NCBI GenBank assembly: GCA_021154285.1
Contig: JAJKIV010000421.1
Location: forward strand, 1-54,486
Source: Gemmatimonas sp.
GTDB lineage: Bacteria; Gemmatimonadota; Gemmatimonadetes; Gemmatimonadales; Gemmatimonadaceae
Direction of reading: 5' to 3'
Length of the DNA: 54,486 nt
Each line of letters opens with the position of its first letter. Positions within the stretch are counted from its first letter, which is position 1. The notes beneath the pieces were generated by a model that searched no databases, was not told where the DNA came from, and was given only the letters and a program-made list of their open reading frames with translations. This document shows, piece by piece, positions 36,276 to 46,283 of this stretch. A program made the position numbers and the translations under genes.

Positions 36276-37402
36276 GTCAGACTTTGCAGGAGCGCATCGC
36301 CACTGCGCTGGGCTCGGTGCTGAACCCGCGGACCGGCACTGACGTGGTCTCCTCCGAGATGGTCCGCGACGTCGCGACCACGACGGCAGGCCGCGTGCGC
36401 CTAACGATCCTTCTGGCGCCGGACGACCCGGCGACGCTCGTTCGCGACGTTCGTGAGGCCATCGAGCGCGTCGACGGCGTGGCCGATGTCCGCGTCGATG
36501 TGAAGGACCCGTCCGAGGCTGACAGGCCGGTGTCGGGTGGCGCGCCGCCGCCGGGCGGCAGTGCCCGCACGCTGCCGGTAATGAACGCGGCACCGGCTCA
36601 GGCTCCGCGGCCTTCCGCGCCGACTCCGGTGGCGTACCCGCATCTCGGCCGCATCCTGGCGGTGTCGAGCGGCAAGGGCGGCGTCGGCAAGTCCACCGTG
36701 GCGACGAATCTCGCGATCGCGCTCGCCGCGTCCGGCGCACGGGTCGGTCTCATGGACGCCGACGTCTACGGGCCGAACGTCCCGCGGATGATGGGCGTCA
36801 ACGCGCCCCCGCCGGTCGTCAACGAGAAGATCATTCCGTTGCAGGCGCACGGCGTGAAGGTGATCAGCCTCGGGTTCCTCATCGAGCGCGATCAACCAGC
36901 CATCTGGCGCGGACCGATCGTGATGAAGATCGTCACGCAGTTCCTGCGCGATGTCGCCTGGGGACAGCTGGACTATTTTCTCGTCGACATGCCGCCGGGC
37001 ACCGGCGATGCACAACTGTCCCTCGTTCAGGCGACGCACGTCCATGGCGCGATCATCGTCACGACGCCGCAGGACGTCGCGACGGGGGACGCGCTGCGCG
37101 GCGCGAAGATGTTGCAGCGCGTGAACGTCCCCGTGCTGGGCATCGTCGAGAACATGAGCTGGTTCGAGTGCCCGCATTGTGGCAAGCCGACACCGATCTT
37201 CGGCACCGGTGGCGGGAAGCGCCTGGCCGACGAGCTGGAGTTGCCGTTGCTCGGCGAGATTCCCCTGGATCCGCGCATCCACGAGGGTGGTGATCGGGGA
37301 ACACCGATCGTCGTCGCGGAGCCCGATGCGGCTGCTGCGCGCGCTCTCAGGTCCTTGGCCGACCGCGTCACCGCGGCGCTGGGAGCACCCGCCGCGCCGT
37401 GA
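36272..37402 (+). CDS. apbC: Mrp/NBP35/ApbC-family Fe-S cluster carrier ATPase with N-terminal DUF59-like domain
   Basis: SGKGGVGKST deviant Walker A and the CPHCG cluster-binding motif. ATGA overlap with the upstream stop. Confidence 0.9.
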   Translation: MSQTLQERIATALGSVLNPRTGTDVVSSEMVRDVATTTAGRVRLTILLAPDDPATLVRDVREAIERVDGVADVRVDVKDPSEADRPVSGGAPPPGGSARTLPVMNAAPAQAPRPSAPTPVAYPHLGRILAVSSGKGGVGKSTVATNLAIALAASGARVGLMDADVYGPNVPRMMGVNAPPPVVNEKIIPLQAHGVKVISLGFLIERDQPAIWRGPIVMKIVTQFLRDVAWGQLDYFLVDMPPGTGDAQLSLVQATHVHGAIIVTTPQDVATGDALRGAKMLQRVNVPVLGIVENMSWFECPHCGKPTPIFGTGGGKRLADELELPLLGEIPLDPRIHEGGDRGTPIVVAEPDAAAARALRSLADRVTAALGAPAAP

Positions 37403-38841
37403 CCGCGCGGGATAGCGCAGGCGAAACCATCGCGCGGCCGTCGGGGCCTACTCCGGCGGCCGCGTTGCCGTTCGAGGCACACGATGGAGCCGCCACGGTC
37501 TCGGTCACAGGAGCCGCGCGCGAGGCGAGCGTCGTCGACGACTCACTGGGCTCGGTCATTCGCCGGCTCGCGCTGCCAGCGGTTGCCTCGAACGTGCTCA
37601 TGACGGTGTTCGCATCGGTGGATGCGTACTGGGTGGGTACGCGAATCGGTGCGCGAGGGCTCGCCGCGGTGTCCACCGCGGTGTTCTGGATCTGGATGGT
37701 CATCTCGGTGGCGGAGATGGTCAGCGTCGGCCTCACGGCCGTCGCGGCACGCCGTCACGGCGAGCGACGATCCGAGCAGGCGGCCCACATCGTCGGTGAG
37801 GCGCTCGTATTCGCCGTCACGTTAGGCCTGGGTGTCGGAGTCGCTGGCGCACTGTCCGTCGATTACCTGTTTGCGCTCATGCAAACGCCGCCCGAGGTGA
37901 CCGCGCTCGGGCGCAATTACCTCCGCGTCTATTTTCTGGGCGCGCCGCTCATCTATGGCTATTTCGCCATCGACGCGGCGTTTCGTGCGGCTGGTGACAC
38001 GCGCACCCCGTTCACTCTGCTGCTCGTCTCCACGGCCTGCACGCTGGTGCTCGACCCGGTATTGATCCTCGGTCTGGCCGGGGCGCCGCGGCTCGGGATC
38101 GTGGGTGCGGCCATTGCGCTCGTACTGACGCGAGGCGGCGCGTTCATGGCCGGGTTGGCTCTACTGTCCCGGCGCGGCCTCATGCGCGCCGGTCGCGTCA
38201 CGTGGCCGACCGTGCGCGCCGTTGCCCGAATCGGTCTGCCGACGGCGCTCACGGGCGTCATGTTCTCCCTGATCTACGTGGGGCTCACGCGGACGACGAC
38301 GCGCTTCGGCACGCCAGCGTTAGCGGCGTTAGGCATCGGCCATCGCGTCGAGAGCTGGCTCTACACCATCGGCGTGGGATTCGGTGCCGCGGCCGCCGCG
38401 ATCGTCGGTCAGAACCTCGGCGCGCGCAAGATCGATCGCGCCGAACGCGCTGGCTGGGTGACGCTTGGCTTCGCCACGGCACCAGCGCTAGTGGCAGCGG
38501 CGGCAGCGCTCATCATCCCGGACAGGCTGGCGGCGATCTTCACATCGGAGGCCGCCGTCATCAGCGTGGCAGCGCACTACCTGCGCATTGGTGCGCTCGC
38601 CGATCTCACCGTCTGCGCCGAAGTCGTGCTGGAGGGTGCACTCGGCGGGGCGGGGCACACGGTCCCACCCATGTTCACGTCGACCGCGCTGACTGCGCTG
38701 CGCATCCCGGCCGCATGGTGGGCGGCCGACCGATGGGGCGTCGACGGCATCTGGTGGGTCATCTCGCTCACGGCCGCCGCGCGCGGGATCGCAATGATCA
38801 TCCTCTGGCGCGCGGGCGGCTGGAAGCGCAAATCCGTGTAG
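37399..38841 (+). CDS. MATE-family efflux transporter
   Basis: 12-TM profile. LALPAVASNVLMTVFASVDAYWVG is typical of MATE. The true start may be downstream of 37399. Confidence 0.8.
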   Translation: MTARDSAGETIARPSGPTPAAALPFEAHDGAATVSVTGAAREASVVDDSLGSVIRRLALPAVASNVLMTVFASVDAYWVGTRIGARGLAAVSTAVFWIWMVISVAEMVSVGLTAVAARRHGERRSEQAAHIVGEALVFAVTLGLGVGVAGALSVDYLFALMQTPPEVTALGRNYLRVYFLGAPLIYGYFAIDAAFRAAGDTRTPFTLLLVSTACTLVLDPVLILGLAGAPRLGIVGAAIALVLTRGGAFMAGLALLSRRGLMRAGRVTWPTVRAVARIGLPTALTGVMFSLIYVGLTRTTTRFGTPALAALGIGHRVESWLYTIGVGFGAAAAAIVGQNLGARKIDRAERAGWVTLGFATAPALVAAAAALIIPDRLAAIFTSEAAVISVAAHYLRIGALADLTVCAEVVLEGALGGAGHTVPPMFTSTALTALRIPAAWWAADRWGVDGIWWVISLTAAARGIAMIILWRAGGWKRKSV

Positions 38842-38845
38842 CGCC

Positions 38846-39601
38846 ATGCGACCGATCATCACTCTGCTCACGGATTTCGGCACCGCCGACGGCTATGTCG
38901 CGGAGCTGAAGGGAGTGCTGTGTTCGGCGGCGCCTGATGTGACGATCGTCGATCTCTCGCACGAGATCCCGCCGCAAGACGTCGAGTCAGCGCGCCTCGC
39001 GGTCGCGCGCTACTGGCGTCGCTTTCCGAGCGGAACGGTGCACGCCGTTGTCGTCGACCCTGGCGTTGGCTCGACTCGTAATGCGCTCGCGGTGAGCAGC
39101 GACGATCGCTTTCTCGTGGGGCCGGACAACGGCGTTCTGAGTCCGGCACTCCTGGCGAGCGGATCGCGCGCCGTGTCGCTTCCGATCCCTCCAAGTGCCT
39201 CCGCCACTTTTCACGGGCGCGACGTGTTCGCTCCAGCGGCGGCCCATCTCGCGACGGGAACCGCGATCGATGCGCTCGGTTCGCCGTGTCTCGACCCAGT
39301 CGTCAGGCGCACGCCGGAAGCGCGGCGCGCTGGCGACGGGTCGGTGGTCGGTGAGATCATTGCCATCGACCGATTCGGCAACGCGATCAGCAACTTGATC
39401 GCACCGCGCGGTGGCCGGGTCGAGATTCAGGGACGGACTATGGCGATCATGCGCACCTACGCCGATGGCCTCGTCGGCGACATTGTCGCGCTCATCGGCT
39501 CGAGCGGGTTCGTCGAGATCGCCCAGCGCGACGGAAGTGCCGCGCGCGCCTTGGAGATCACGCGCGGCACACGCATCACCCTACGTTCGCCGGGCGCCTA
39601 A
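38846..39601 (+). CDS. SAM hydrolase / SAM-dependent halogenase family protein (DUF62, S-adenosyl-L-methionine hydroxide adenosyltransferase)
   Basis: N-terminus IITLLTDFGTADGYVAELKGV, plus HGRDVFAP and IDRFGN motifs. Confidence 0.85.
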   Translation: MRPIITLLTDFGTADGYVAELKGVLCSAAPDVTIVDLSHEIPPQDVESARLAVARYWRRFPSGTVHAVVVDPGVGSTRNALAVSSDDRFLVGPDNGVLSPALLASGSRAVSLPIPPSASATFHGRDVFAPAAAHLATGTAIDALGSPCLDPVVRRTPEARRAGDGSVVGEIIAIDRFGNAISNLIAPRGGRVEIQGRTMAIMRTYADGLVGDIVALIGSSGFVEIAQRDGSAARALEITRGTRITLRSPGA

Positions 39602-40573
39602 CGGCTCGATCCGTTCGACGCGATCGAGCGACGGAACTCCCGCGGCGGCCGCCGTCTCGATCCGGTCACCGTACAGCGTACCGACGCGCGGCGCGACAGC
39701 GCCTGTTCCCTGATGCACCTCCGAGTTGATCTCGCCACCAATCAGAAAGACGAGCATCGAGAAGTACATCCACGTGAGCAGCGCAATCACGCCGCCAATC
39801 GCGCCGTATGTGGCGTTGTAGTTGGCGAAATTCGCCATGTAGACACGAAGCGCGACGGTCACCAGGGCCCACCCGATCGTCGTGAAGATCGCCCCAACGA
39901 GCACCTGCTTTTTGCTCTGGCGAAGGTTCGGCAGGAAGTAGTACGAGAGCCCGGCGATCGCGATGAGGAGCGCGAACGCAATCGGCACTTGCACGATGGT
40001 CACCAGCGCACGCGTGCCGGGTTCGAGCGCGAGCCGAGTGGTGAGCCAGTTCGTGATCTTGTCGCCGGCGAGGATCATGACCGTCGAGATGAGGATCACG
40101 AAGCCGACGACGATGACGCTTGCCATGGCGATCAACTTCTGCTTCCACCACGGGCGGGTGTCCTTCACGTCGTAGGCAATGTTCAGCGCTCCGATGAGCG
40201 CTCCGAAGACGTTCGATCCAGCCCAGATCGCGAGCAGCGCACCGATGGACATGAGCCCCGGCGCATTCTTGGCGTAGACGACGTCCTTGATCACGCCGCC
40301 GATCAGCGCCCAGCCCTCGCTCGGAACGACCTGCTGCAACTGTGACGTGAAGAGTGCGAACGTCTCCTGCTTGTTGCCGACGAGGCTCAGCACCGGCGCG
40401 ATGAACAGCAGCAGCGGGAACAGCGAGAAGAAGAAGTAATACGCCGTCTGCGCTGCCAGCCCGAGGAGATTGTCGTCGAGCGTCTCCTTCAGCGCTTTCT
40501 TCGCGATCGACCCGGCTCGGTACCCCAGTACAACCATGCGCCACTCCCATCGTGTGGCGTCCCACAAGCGCAA
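39581..40573 (-). CDS. YihY/BrkB-family (formerly 'RNase BN') membrane protein
   Basis: LAAQTAYYFFFSLFPLLLF and a 6-TM profile. The start may be ATG 40537. The 3' end overlaps the convergent gene by 21 nt. Confidence 0.8.
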   Translation of the reverse strand: MRLWDATRWEWRMVVLGYRAGSIAKKALKETLDDNLLGLAAQTAYYFFFSLFPLLLFIAPVLSLVGNKQETFALFTSQLQQVVPSEGWALIGGVIKDVVYAKNAPGLMSIGALLAIWAGSNVFGALIGALNIAYDVKDTRPWWKQKLIAMASVIVVGFVILISTVMILAGDKITNWLTTRLALEPGTRALVTIVQVPIAFALLIAIAGLSYYFLPNLRQSKKQVLVGAIFTTIGWALVTVALRVYMANFANYNATYGAIGGVIALLTWMYFSMLVFLIGGEINSEVHQGTGAVAPRVGTLYGDRIETAAAAGVPSLDRVERIEPLGARRT

Positions 40574-40596
40574 ATGGTGTGCGAAGCGGTGGGGAG

Positions 40597-41460
40597 TTAA
40601 CGCCCGGTTCGGTCGATCGAGAGCTTGCCGAAGACCGTTTCCGCGGTCACGCGGACTTTATGTGGGGCCGAGTCCCAGTTCTTCGAAACCCACGCGCCAT
40701 CGCGCTCGATTAGCCCTTCATGATCGAAGGACGCTACCGTCTTCTCGAGCGAGACATGCACTCCGACATCAGCAGGGACGTGAATGGTGACGATCCCGAG
40801 CGTCACCTCCACGTGAAGCTCGATGTCTCGTGTCCACTGGCCGCCAAGGTCGAGCTCGACGCTCCCGACTCCCGCATCCACCCGAATGTCCGGGGTATTT
40901 GCGTTGGCGAGGCGATCCCCTCGAAAGCTGGCTGCACCGAGCGAGATCTCGAGCACGCTCATCTTTGTCGCGTTGAGCGAGTCGAACCGCAGCTTGGCGT
41001 CACTCGCGCCTGACTCGACATGCAGCCGAGAGATCTTGAGCCCGGTGAGGTCGAGGTCCGATTCCACGGCCCCGAGATCCAAGTTCAGATCGAGCGGTGT
41101 GGTCCTCGAAAGCTCGAGCTGTAAATACCCCGCGTTCGGGTCGTTCCGTCCTGTGAACCGCATCTCCGACTTCTGCACACCGATCTGCAGCTTGCGCGAT
41201 GCCACGTCGAACGTGTGCCTGGGCTGGGTTCGCGTGGCGTCGTATCGAAGCTGCATGTGATAGAGCAGCGGATTCGATGTCGCCCTAACGCCCATTTTGC
41301 CCGTCCCGTACACGACCTGCACAGATGCAGGCGCCGAATCGCTGAGCTGTCGCGCGACGTCGAGCGTACGCCAGCTCTGCGCGCCGGCACTCGATGCAAC
41401 GACACACGCCGCGACCGCCGCGAAACCGAGCGCGGAACGTCGGCTAAGGCGTGCCATCAT
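40597..41460 (-). CDS. secreted 'toast-rack' beta-strand repeat protein (DUF2154/DUF4097-like)
   Basis: ATG at 41460 gives MMARLSRRSALGFAAVAACVVASSAGAQ (signal peptide). It has repeated short beta-strand units (LDLNLDLGAVESDLDLTG, VDAGVGSVELDLGG, VEVTLGIVTIHVP). Confidence 0.5.
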   Translation of the reverse strand: MMARLSRRSALGFAAVAACVVASSAGAQSWRTLDVARQLSDSAPASVQVVYGTGKMGVRATSNPLLYHMQLRYDATRTQPRHTFDVASRKLQIGVQKSEMRFTGRNDPNAGYLQLELSRTTPLDLNLDLGAVESDLDLTGLKISRLHVESGASDAKLRFDSLNATKMSVLEISLGAASFRGDRLANANTPDIRVDAGVGSVELDLGGQWTRDIELHVEVTLGIVTIHVPADVGVHVSLEKTVASFDHEGLIERDGAWVSKNWDSAPHKVRVTAETVFGKLSIDRTGR

Positions 41461-42659
41461 CGGTCGCGTGTGGAGGACGACGGTGTTGGCCGCCGCGCGG
41501 CCACGATGCCAGTCACCGGCGTAGGCGTCTGCCACGGAATGTCGTTCACCGCGGCAAACGACGCGGTTGGCGCGGACCGCCGCGTTCCGCCGCGCGAGAT
41601 CACGGCTGCGCCAAGACCCGCAGTCGCAGCGACCCACGTGATGGCTACCGCGACAGCGCGAAGCACTGTCTCCACAATCGGCGCCCACGCGAACGCCGAC
41701 GCGAGCACCCACAGTCCCATGTAGATGGAAACGCCCACCACGAGCGCGCGAAGCGCTGCGCCGCGCGCCGAGTATCGCTTGCTCGCGGCCGGTGCAACCG
41801 ATTCGCCCGTGATGCGCGCAATCGCGAGGAAGCCGAGCGTGATCAGGCCCGCAACCGCGAGGACGAACGCCACGATCGCGAACGGAATGAGCAGTACGCC
41901 GAGAATCGTGATCGCGAGGGCGACGACGAGGAGGCAGAGCACCGGCGCAAGTGCCAGCTGTGTCGCGATGCCCGCCCAGAACGAGCGGCCGAATCTGCCC
42001 TCGAGAGAATCCACGACCCCGTCGAGATAGTCGCCGGCAAAAAGCAGCACGCCGATCGCCATCAGTACGAGGATGATCAACCAGCTCGACGACAGCGCGA
42101 GGGCGTGACGCGTGCTGCGCGCAGGCGACTCCGACTCCGCTGCTTGCTGCACAGCGCCGAGCGCTCCAGCGAGTTGGCGGATTTCTCCACCGACGGTCCC
42201 GCCTGCCAGCGTCACGTTGCCTAACGCCGACACGGCGTTGCCGGTGACCCGGCCCCCGGGATGCACGATCACGTCGCTCCCAATCGCGATGGCGTCGCCG
42301 TTGACCGTGCCGTAGACGTGCAGCGGCCCACCGGTTACCGCGACCGGACCGGCGACCGTGGTGCCCGCCGGAATTGTCCGGCCGCCCATTGCGATCTGCT
42401 TGTTTGGCGGCAGCGCGACGGCCTCCGGATCACGCCGAAAACGACCGACGAGCTCGTTCAGGGAATCCAAGGTCGCCTTGGAAAGCCGAGTCTTTCCCGA
42501 ATCCGCAGCCTCGACGGCGACCTCCGGAGCGCCCGTTTTCGCCGCCGAGTCGACGGCTGGCTTTTCGGCCTTCGGTTTCTGCTGAATGGCGGCGGCCTGC
42601 CGAGCCGTCAGCGGCGCCGTAGCAACCGCGAGGATCAGCGGGAGAATAGCCGTTCGCAT
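41457..42659 (-). CDS. membrane protein with N-terminal bactofilin-like (polymer-forming beta-helix) domain and polytopic C-terminal domain
   Basis: Signal/anchor sequence, then the GPVAVTGGPLHVYGTVNGDAIAIGSDVIVHPGGRVTGNAVSALGNVTLAGGTVGGEI repeat pattern, followed by 5-6 TM helices. Confidence 0.5.
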   Translation of the reverse strand: MRTAILPLILAVATAPLTARQAAAIQQKPKAEKPAVDSAAKTGAPEVAVEAADSGKTRLSKATLDSLNELVGRFRRDPEAVALPPNKQIAMGGRTIPAGTTVAGPVAVTGGPLHVYGTVNGDAIAIGSDVIVHPGGRVTGNAVSALGNVTLAGGTVGGEIRQLAGALGAVQQAAESESPARSTRHALALSSSWLIILVLMAIGVLLFAGDYLDGVVDSLEGRFGRSFWAGIATQLALAPVLCLLVVALAITILGVLLIPFAIVAFVLAVAGLITLGFLAIARITGESVAPAASKRYSARGAALRALVVGVSIYMGLWVLASAFAWAPIVETVLRAVAVAITWVAATAGLGAAVISRGGTRRSAPTASFAAVNDIPWQTPTPVTGIVAARRPTPSSSTRDR

Positions 42660-42663
42660 TGGT

Positions 42664-43254
42664 TCAGGTCGCCCGGCGTCGCCGAGCGGTTGCCACGAGG
42701 GCCCTGAGGCCGACTGCAGCCAGGACCACGATAACCAGGAAGCTCGTTACCCCGGCGATGGCCGCTACTCCACCCGTACGGAGTGTGTCCACTGCGGCGC
42801 TCCCGAAGGTGGTCGCGATCGCCCCGCCAAGGGAGTCGAACAGCGCGGTGCGGGCGCGCTGGCCGGCAAGGTCGAAGAAGAACAGGAAGGCGTCGAGCCT
42901 CACTGCCATCCAGACGGCGCTCAGCGATACGACCAGGGCGAAAACGGATGTTGCAGCCACACCGATGAACCGGGCGGGTCGCGACGCGGGAAGCCAGCGC
43001 TTCGCCGTGTCGAGCGCCGAAACGTGCCAGGGCTCGAAGACCTGGACCTGCGTCATCACCCGGTCTCTGAACAGGGGGGATGGCGCAAAATGTGGCATGC
43101 GCTCGAGCGCGTTGACCACTTGCCGAGCGTCCGCCAGTTCGGCACGACACTTTGGGCAGTTCTCGACGTGCGCCAGGAGCGGAGCGACGCCGAATCCGGC
43201 TTCGCCGTCCAGGAGCTGGTCGATTTCGTCTGGTAGTAGGTGCCTGTGTTCCAC
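42664..43254 (-). CDS. anti-sigma factor (zf-HC2 type), membrane-spanning
   Basis: The N-terminal H..x..CPKC putative zinc motif (LLAHVENCPKCRAEL) lies directly downstream of the ECF sigma gene. TM helices are present. Confidence 0.65.
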   Translation of the reverse strand: MEHRHLLPDEIDQLLDGEAGFGVAPLLAHVENCPKCRAELADARQVVNALERMPHFAPSPLFRDRVMTQVQVFEPWHVSALDTAKRWLPASRPARFIGVAATSVFALVVSLSAVWMAVRLDAFLFFFDLAGQRARTALFDSLGGAIATTFGSAAVDTLRTGGVAAIAGVTSFLVIVVLAAVGLRALVATARRRRAT

Positions 43255-43316
43255 AAATCCTCCAACCGGGCCGTACGGGCGGGCTTAGAAAGGGTTTCAG
43301 GGAAATTCAGATCCGA

Positions 43317-43925
43317 TTACCCGGGGCCCTTCACATGTTCGAGCGCCTCGCGCAGCTCGTGCCGTGCGCGATGGATATAGGTCTTTACAGTTCCAAGGGG
43401 CAGGTCGAGGGTGGCGGCGATTTCTTCGTACGATCGACCCTCGACGTGACGCAGCATGATGCACGAACGGTACTCAGGCCGGAGTCGAGCAATGGCGCGC
43501 TCGATCGCCGAGCCGAGCTCGCGTGCCTCCATCTCCTCGAGCGCGGATTCCTGGCGAGCGGTCAGGTCGAATGACGTCGCTTCCACCTCCGCGGCGGTCG
43601 CAGCGTGGGGCGAGCCATCGATACTGATGGTGTCCAACTGGCGCTTACGCAGATAATCGATCGCGACGTTGTTGGCGATCTTGAACAGCCAGCTGGAGAG
43701 CTTGAACTCGGGACGATACCGGTCGATGTGGTTCAGGACCTTGATGAACGTGTCCTGCGCGAGATCCTCGGAAATCTCGCGGTCCCGAACCATACGGAAA
43801 ATCAGGGAAAAGACCGGCCGCTCGTACCGTCGGAGAAGCTCGCGGAACGCCGCCTCCCGCCCTTGTTGGGCGAGCGTGACGACATCGGCGTCCGGTAGGT
43901 TCGCTAAGTCGAGTGATGGCGCCAT
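43317..43925 (-). CDS. ECF-type RNA polymerase sigma-70 factor (RpoE-like)
   Basis: Region 2 (ISEDLAQDTFIKV, YRPEFKLSSWLFKIANN) and region 4 (SYEEIAATLDLPLGTVKTYIHRAR). Confidence 0.9.
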   Translation of the reverse strand: MAPSLDLANLPDADVVTLAQQGREAAFRELLRRYERPVFSLIFRMVRDREISEDLAQDTFIKVLNHIDRYRPEFKLSSWLFKIANNVAIDYLRKRQLDTISIDGSPHAATAAEVEATSFDLTARQESALEEMEARELGSAIERAIARLRPEYRSCIMLRHVEGRSYEEIAATLDLPLGTVKTYIHRARHELREALEHVKGPG

Positions 43926-43995
43926 GCAGGAGACGGCGGCGGGTCCATGAGACAGCGTCGCCGGCGGTGGGAGGAAGCTATACCTTTCGGTCCGA

Positions 43996-44760
43996 ATGCC
44001 AACAGTCGACCTCGAGAAGACCGAAGCCCAAGCCGCCGCCGCAGGTGGAGCAGAGAAGCGCGCCTACGTGCGCCGTGTCTTCTCGGAGATCGCGCCCCGG
44101 TACGATCTTCTCAACCACCTGCTCAGCTTCAATATCGATCGCGGGTGGCGCCGGCGCGCAATTGCAGCGCTCGATCCGCTTCGGAACCCGACCGGAGTCT
44201 ACGTCGACCTCTGTGCCGGCACGCTCGACGTCTCCTCCGAGCTTTCCCAAACCCGCGGTTTTCGCGGGCTTGTGCTTGGAACGGACTTCGCCGAGCCTAT
44301 GCTCCGGGCCGGATCGAACAAGGCACCTCGCGTGCTCGTGGCTCCCGTGACCGCCGATGCCCTGGAGCTCCCGGTAGCCGACGACACCGCCGCCGGCGCC
44401 ATCGTCGCCTTCGGCATCCGCAACGTCGCCAGCCTCCCGGCCGCGCTAGCCGAGGCGTATCGCGTTCTCGAGCCGGGAGGCCGGTTCATCATCCTCGAGT
44501 TCTCGACGCCACGCTCCCGCGTCGTGCGTGGCGTTTACCACGCCTACTTCCACGCCGTACTGCCCGCCGTTGGCCGGATCGTGAGCAGGCACCCCACTGC
44601 CTATCGCTACCTCCCCGAATCGGTCGCGCGGTTCCCCATGCAGGAGGACCTCGCGCGCGCCATGCGCGCTGCCGGGTTCGTGAACGTCCGGTGGGAGTCG
44701 CTCACCATGGGGATTGCCGCGATCCACGCCGGCGACAAGCCGGGACGCCCTCCGACCTGA
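43996..44760 (+). CDS. ubiE: demethylmenaquinone / ubiquinone C-methyltransferase
   Basis: VFSEIAPRYDLLNHLLSF, DLCAGT and RVLEPGGRFIILEFS are UbiE/MenG signatures. Confidence 0.9.
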   Translation: MPTVDLEKTEAQAAAAGGAEKRAYVRRVFSEIAPRYDLLNHLLSFNIDRGWRRRAIAALDPLRNPTGVYVDLCAGTLDVSSELSQTRGFRGLVLGTDFAEPMLRAGSNKAPRVLVAPVTADALELPVADDTAAGAIVAFGIRNVASLPAALAEAYRVLEPGGRFIILEFSTPRSRVVRGVYHAYFHAVLPAVGRIVSRHPTAYRYLPESVARFPMQEDLARAMRAAGFVNVRWESLTMGIAAIHAGDKPGRPPT

Positions 44761-44791
44761 ACCGCTGGACCGGACAGACGTCACCTCACTC

Positions 44792-46276
44792 ATGACCCTC
44801 GATTCGCTCTCCGATTTCATCGCCGCTATCGAACGGGCCGGCGAGCTCGTTCGCGTTAGGCAGCCGGTCGCCGTGAAGCTCGAGATGTGCGAGGTCGCCG
44901 ACCGGGCGATGAAGATGCCTGGCGGTGGACCCGCACTGCTGTTCGACCAGCCCGTGCTCGATGATGGAACCATCTCCGCGTATCCGGTCGCGATCAACCT
45001 GTTCGGCTCCATGAGCCGCATGGCGCTCGCCCTCGGCGTTCGCGACCTCGACGAGATAGGCGCGCGGATCACGCAGCTCATGGACCTCAAGGTCCCTGAC
45101 GGTATCGTGGCGAAGCTCTCGCTCATCCCCCGACTGCTCGAGGTCGCGCGCTTCCCCCCTCGGCCCACGCGGGGAGCGACGCCGTGCCAGGAGGTCGTCT
45201 GGCAGGGCAACCAGGTCGAACTTCGGAAGCTGCCGGTCATGACGACCTGGCCGGAGGACGGCGGCCCGTTCATCACGCTCCCCATGGTCATCTCGCGCGA
45301 CCCGAAACGTGGGATCCGAAACGTTGGGATGTATCGGGTCCAGGTCCTCGGACCGCGAACGGTCGCCATGCACTGGCAGCGTCACAAGGTCGGCGCGGCG
45401 CACTGGCGCGAGATGGCGGAACGTGGCGAAACCATGCCTGTGTGCATCGCCGTCGGCGCCGACCCCGCGTCGATCTATTCCGCGTCGGCGCCACTGCCGC
45501 CAACGGTCGATGAGTTTTTGTTCGCGGGATTTCTCCGTGGAGCGCCCGTTCACCTCGCGAAAGCCCTGACCTGCGATCTCGATGTTCCGGCGTCAGCGGA
45601 GTTCGTGCTCGAGGGCTACATCGATCCGCGTGAGGCACTCGTCGTCGAAGGACCGTTCGGGGACCACACCGGCTTCTACTCCGAGGCCGACCTGTACCCG
45701 CAGGTGCACATCACGGCGGTTACGATGCGCCGGAACCCGGTCTACGTGTCGACGATCGTCGGTCGCCCGCCGATGGAAGACTTCTATCTTGGCCACGCCA
45801 CGGAGCGCATCTTCCTGCCGCTGCTGAAACTGACGATTCCCGAGATCGTCGACTACCACATGCCCGCCGAGGGCATCTTCCACAACCTCGTCTTCGTCTC
45901 GATCGACAAGCAGTATCCCGGGCAAGCCTACAAAGTGATGAACGCCATGTGGGGTCAGGGGCTCATGTCGCTCGCGAAGGTACTCGTGATCGTCGACAAG
46001 GAAGTCAACGTGCGGAACCCACAGGAAGCGTGGTGGGTGGCACTCAACAACATTGACCCGGAGCGGGACACGCGCTTCACCATGGGCCCGGTCGATGTTC
46101 TCGATCACTCGAGCCGAGCGTTCACCTACGGCTCGAAGATGGGTATCGACGCGACGCGAAAGTGGCCCGAGGAGGGATTCACTCGGAACTGGCCGACGGT
46201 GATCGAGATGGATGCGGCGACACGGGCTCGCGTCGACGAACTCTGGCCGCAGCTCGGCATCGGGACGCGCAGGTGA
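44792..46276 (+). CDS. ubiD: UbiD-family (prFMN-dependent) aromatic decarboxylase
   Basis: Carries [20 protein letters not shown] and IDATRKW. ATG start at 44792. Confidence 0.9.
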   Translation: MTLDSLSDFIAAIERAGELVRVRQPVAVKLEMCEVADRAMKMPGGGPALLFDQPVLDDGTISAYPVAINLFGSMSRMALALGVRDLDEIGARITQLMDLKVPDGIVAKLSLIPRLLEVARFPPRPTRGATPCQEVVWQGNQVELRKLPVMTTWPEDGGPFITLPMVISRDPKRGIRNVGMYRVQVLGPRTVAMHWQRHKVGAAHWREMAERGETMPVCIAVGADPASIYSASAPLPPTVDEFLFAGFLRGAPVHLAKALTCDLDVPASAEFVLEGYIDPREALVVEGPFGDHTGFYSEADLYPQVHITAVTMRRNPVYVSTIVGRPPMEDFYLGHATERIFLPLLKLTIPEIVDYHMPAEGIFHNLVFVSIDKQYPGQAYKVMNAMWGQGLMSLAKVLVIVDKEVNVRNPQEAWWVALNNIDPERDTRFTMGPVDVLDHSSRAFTYGSKMGIDATRKWPEEGFTRNWPTVIEMDAATRARVDELWPQLGIGTRR

Positions 46277-46283
46277 TCGCGGG

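Noticed and set aside
35802-37282. Two long minus-strand ORFs (35802-36740 and 36401-37282) across nfu/apbC
   Set aside because: They are antisense to genes with a Walker A and CxxC motifs. Pro/Arg-rich low complexity.
44446-45553. Minus-strand ORFs (44446-45369 and 44786-45553) over ubiE/ubiD
   Set aside because: They are antisense to clear UbiE and UbiD frames and have no motifs.
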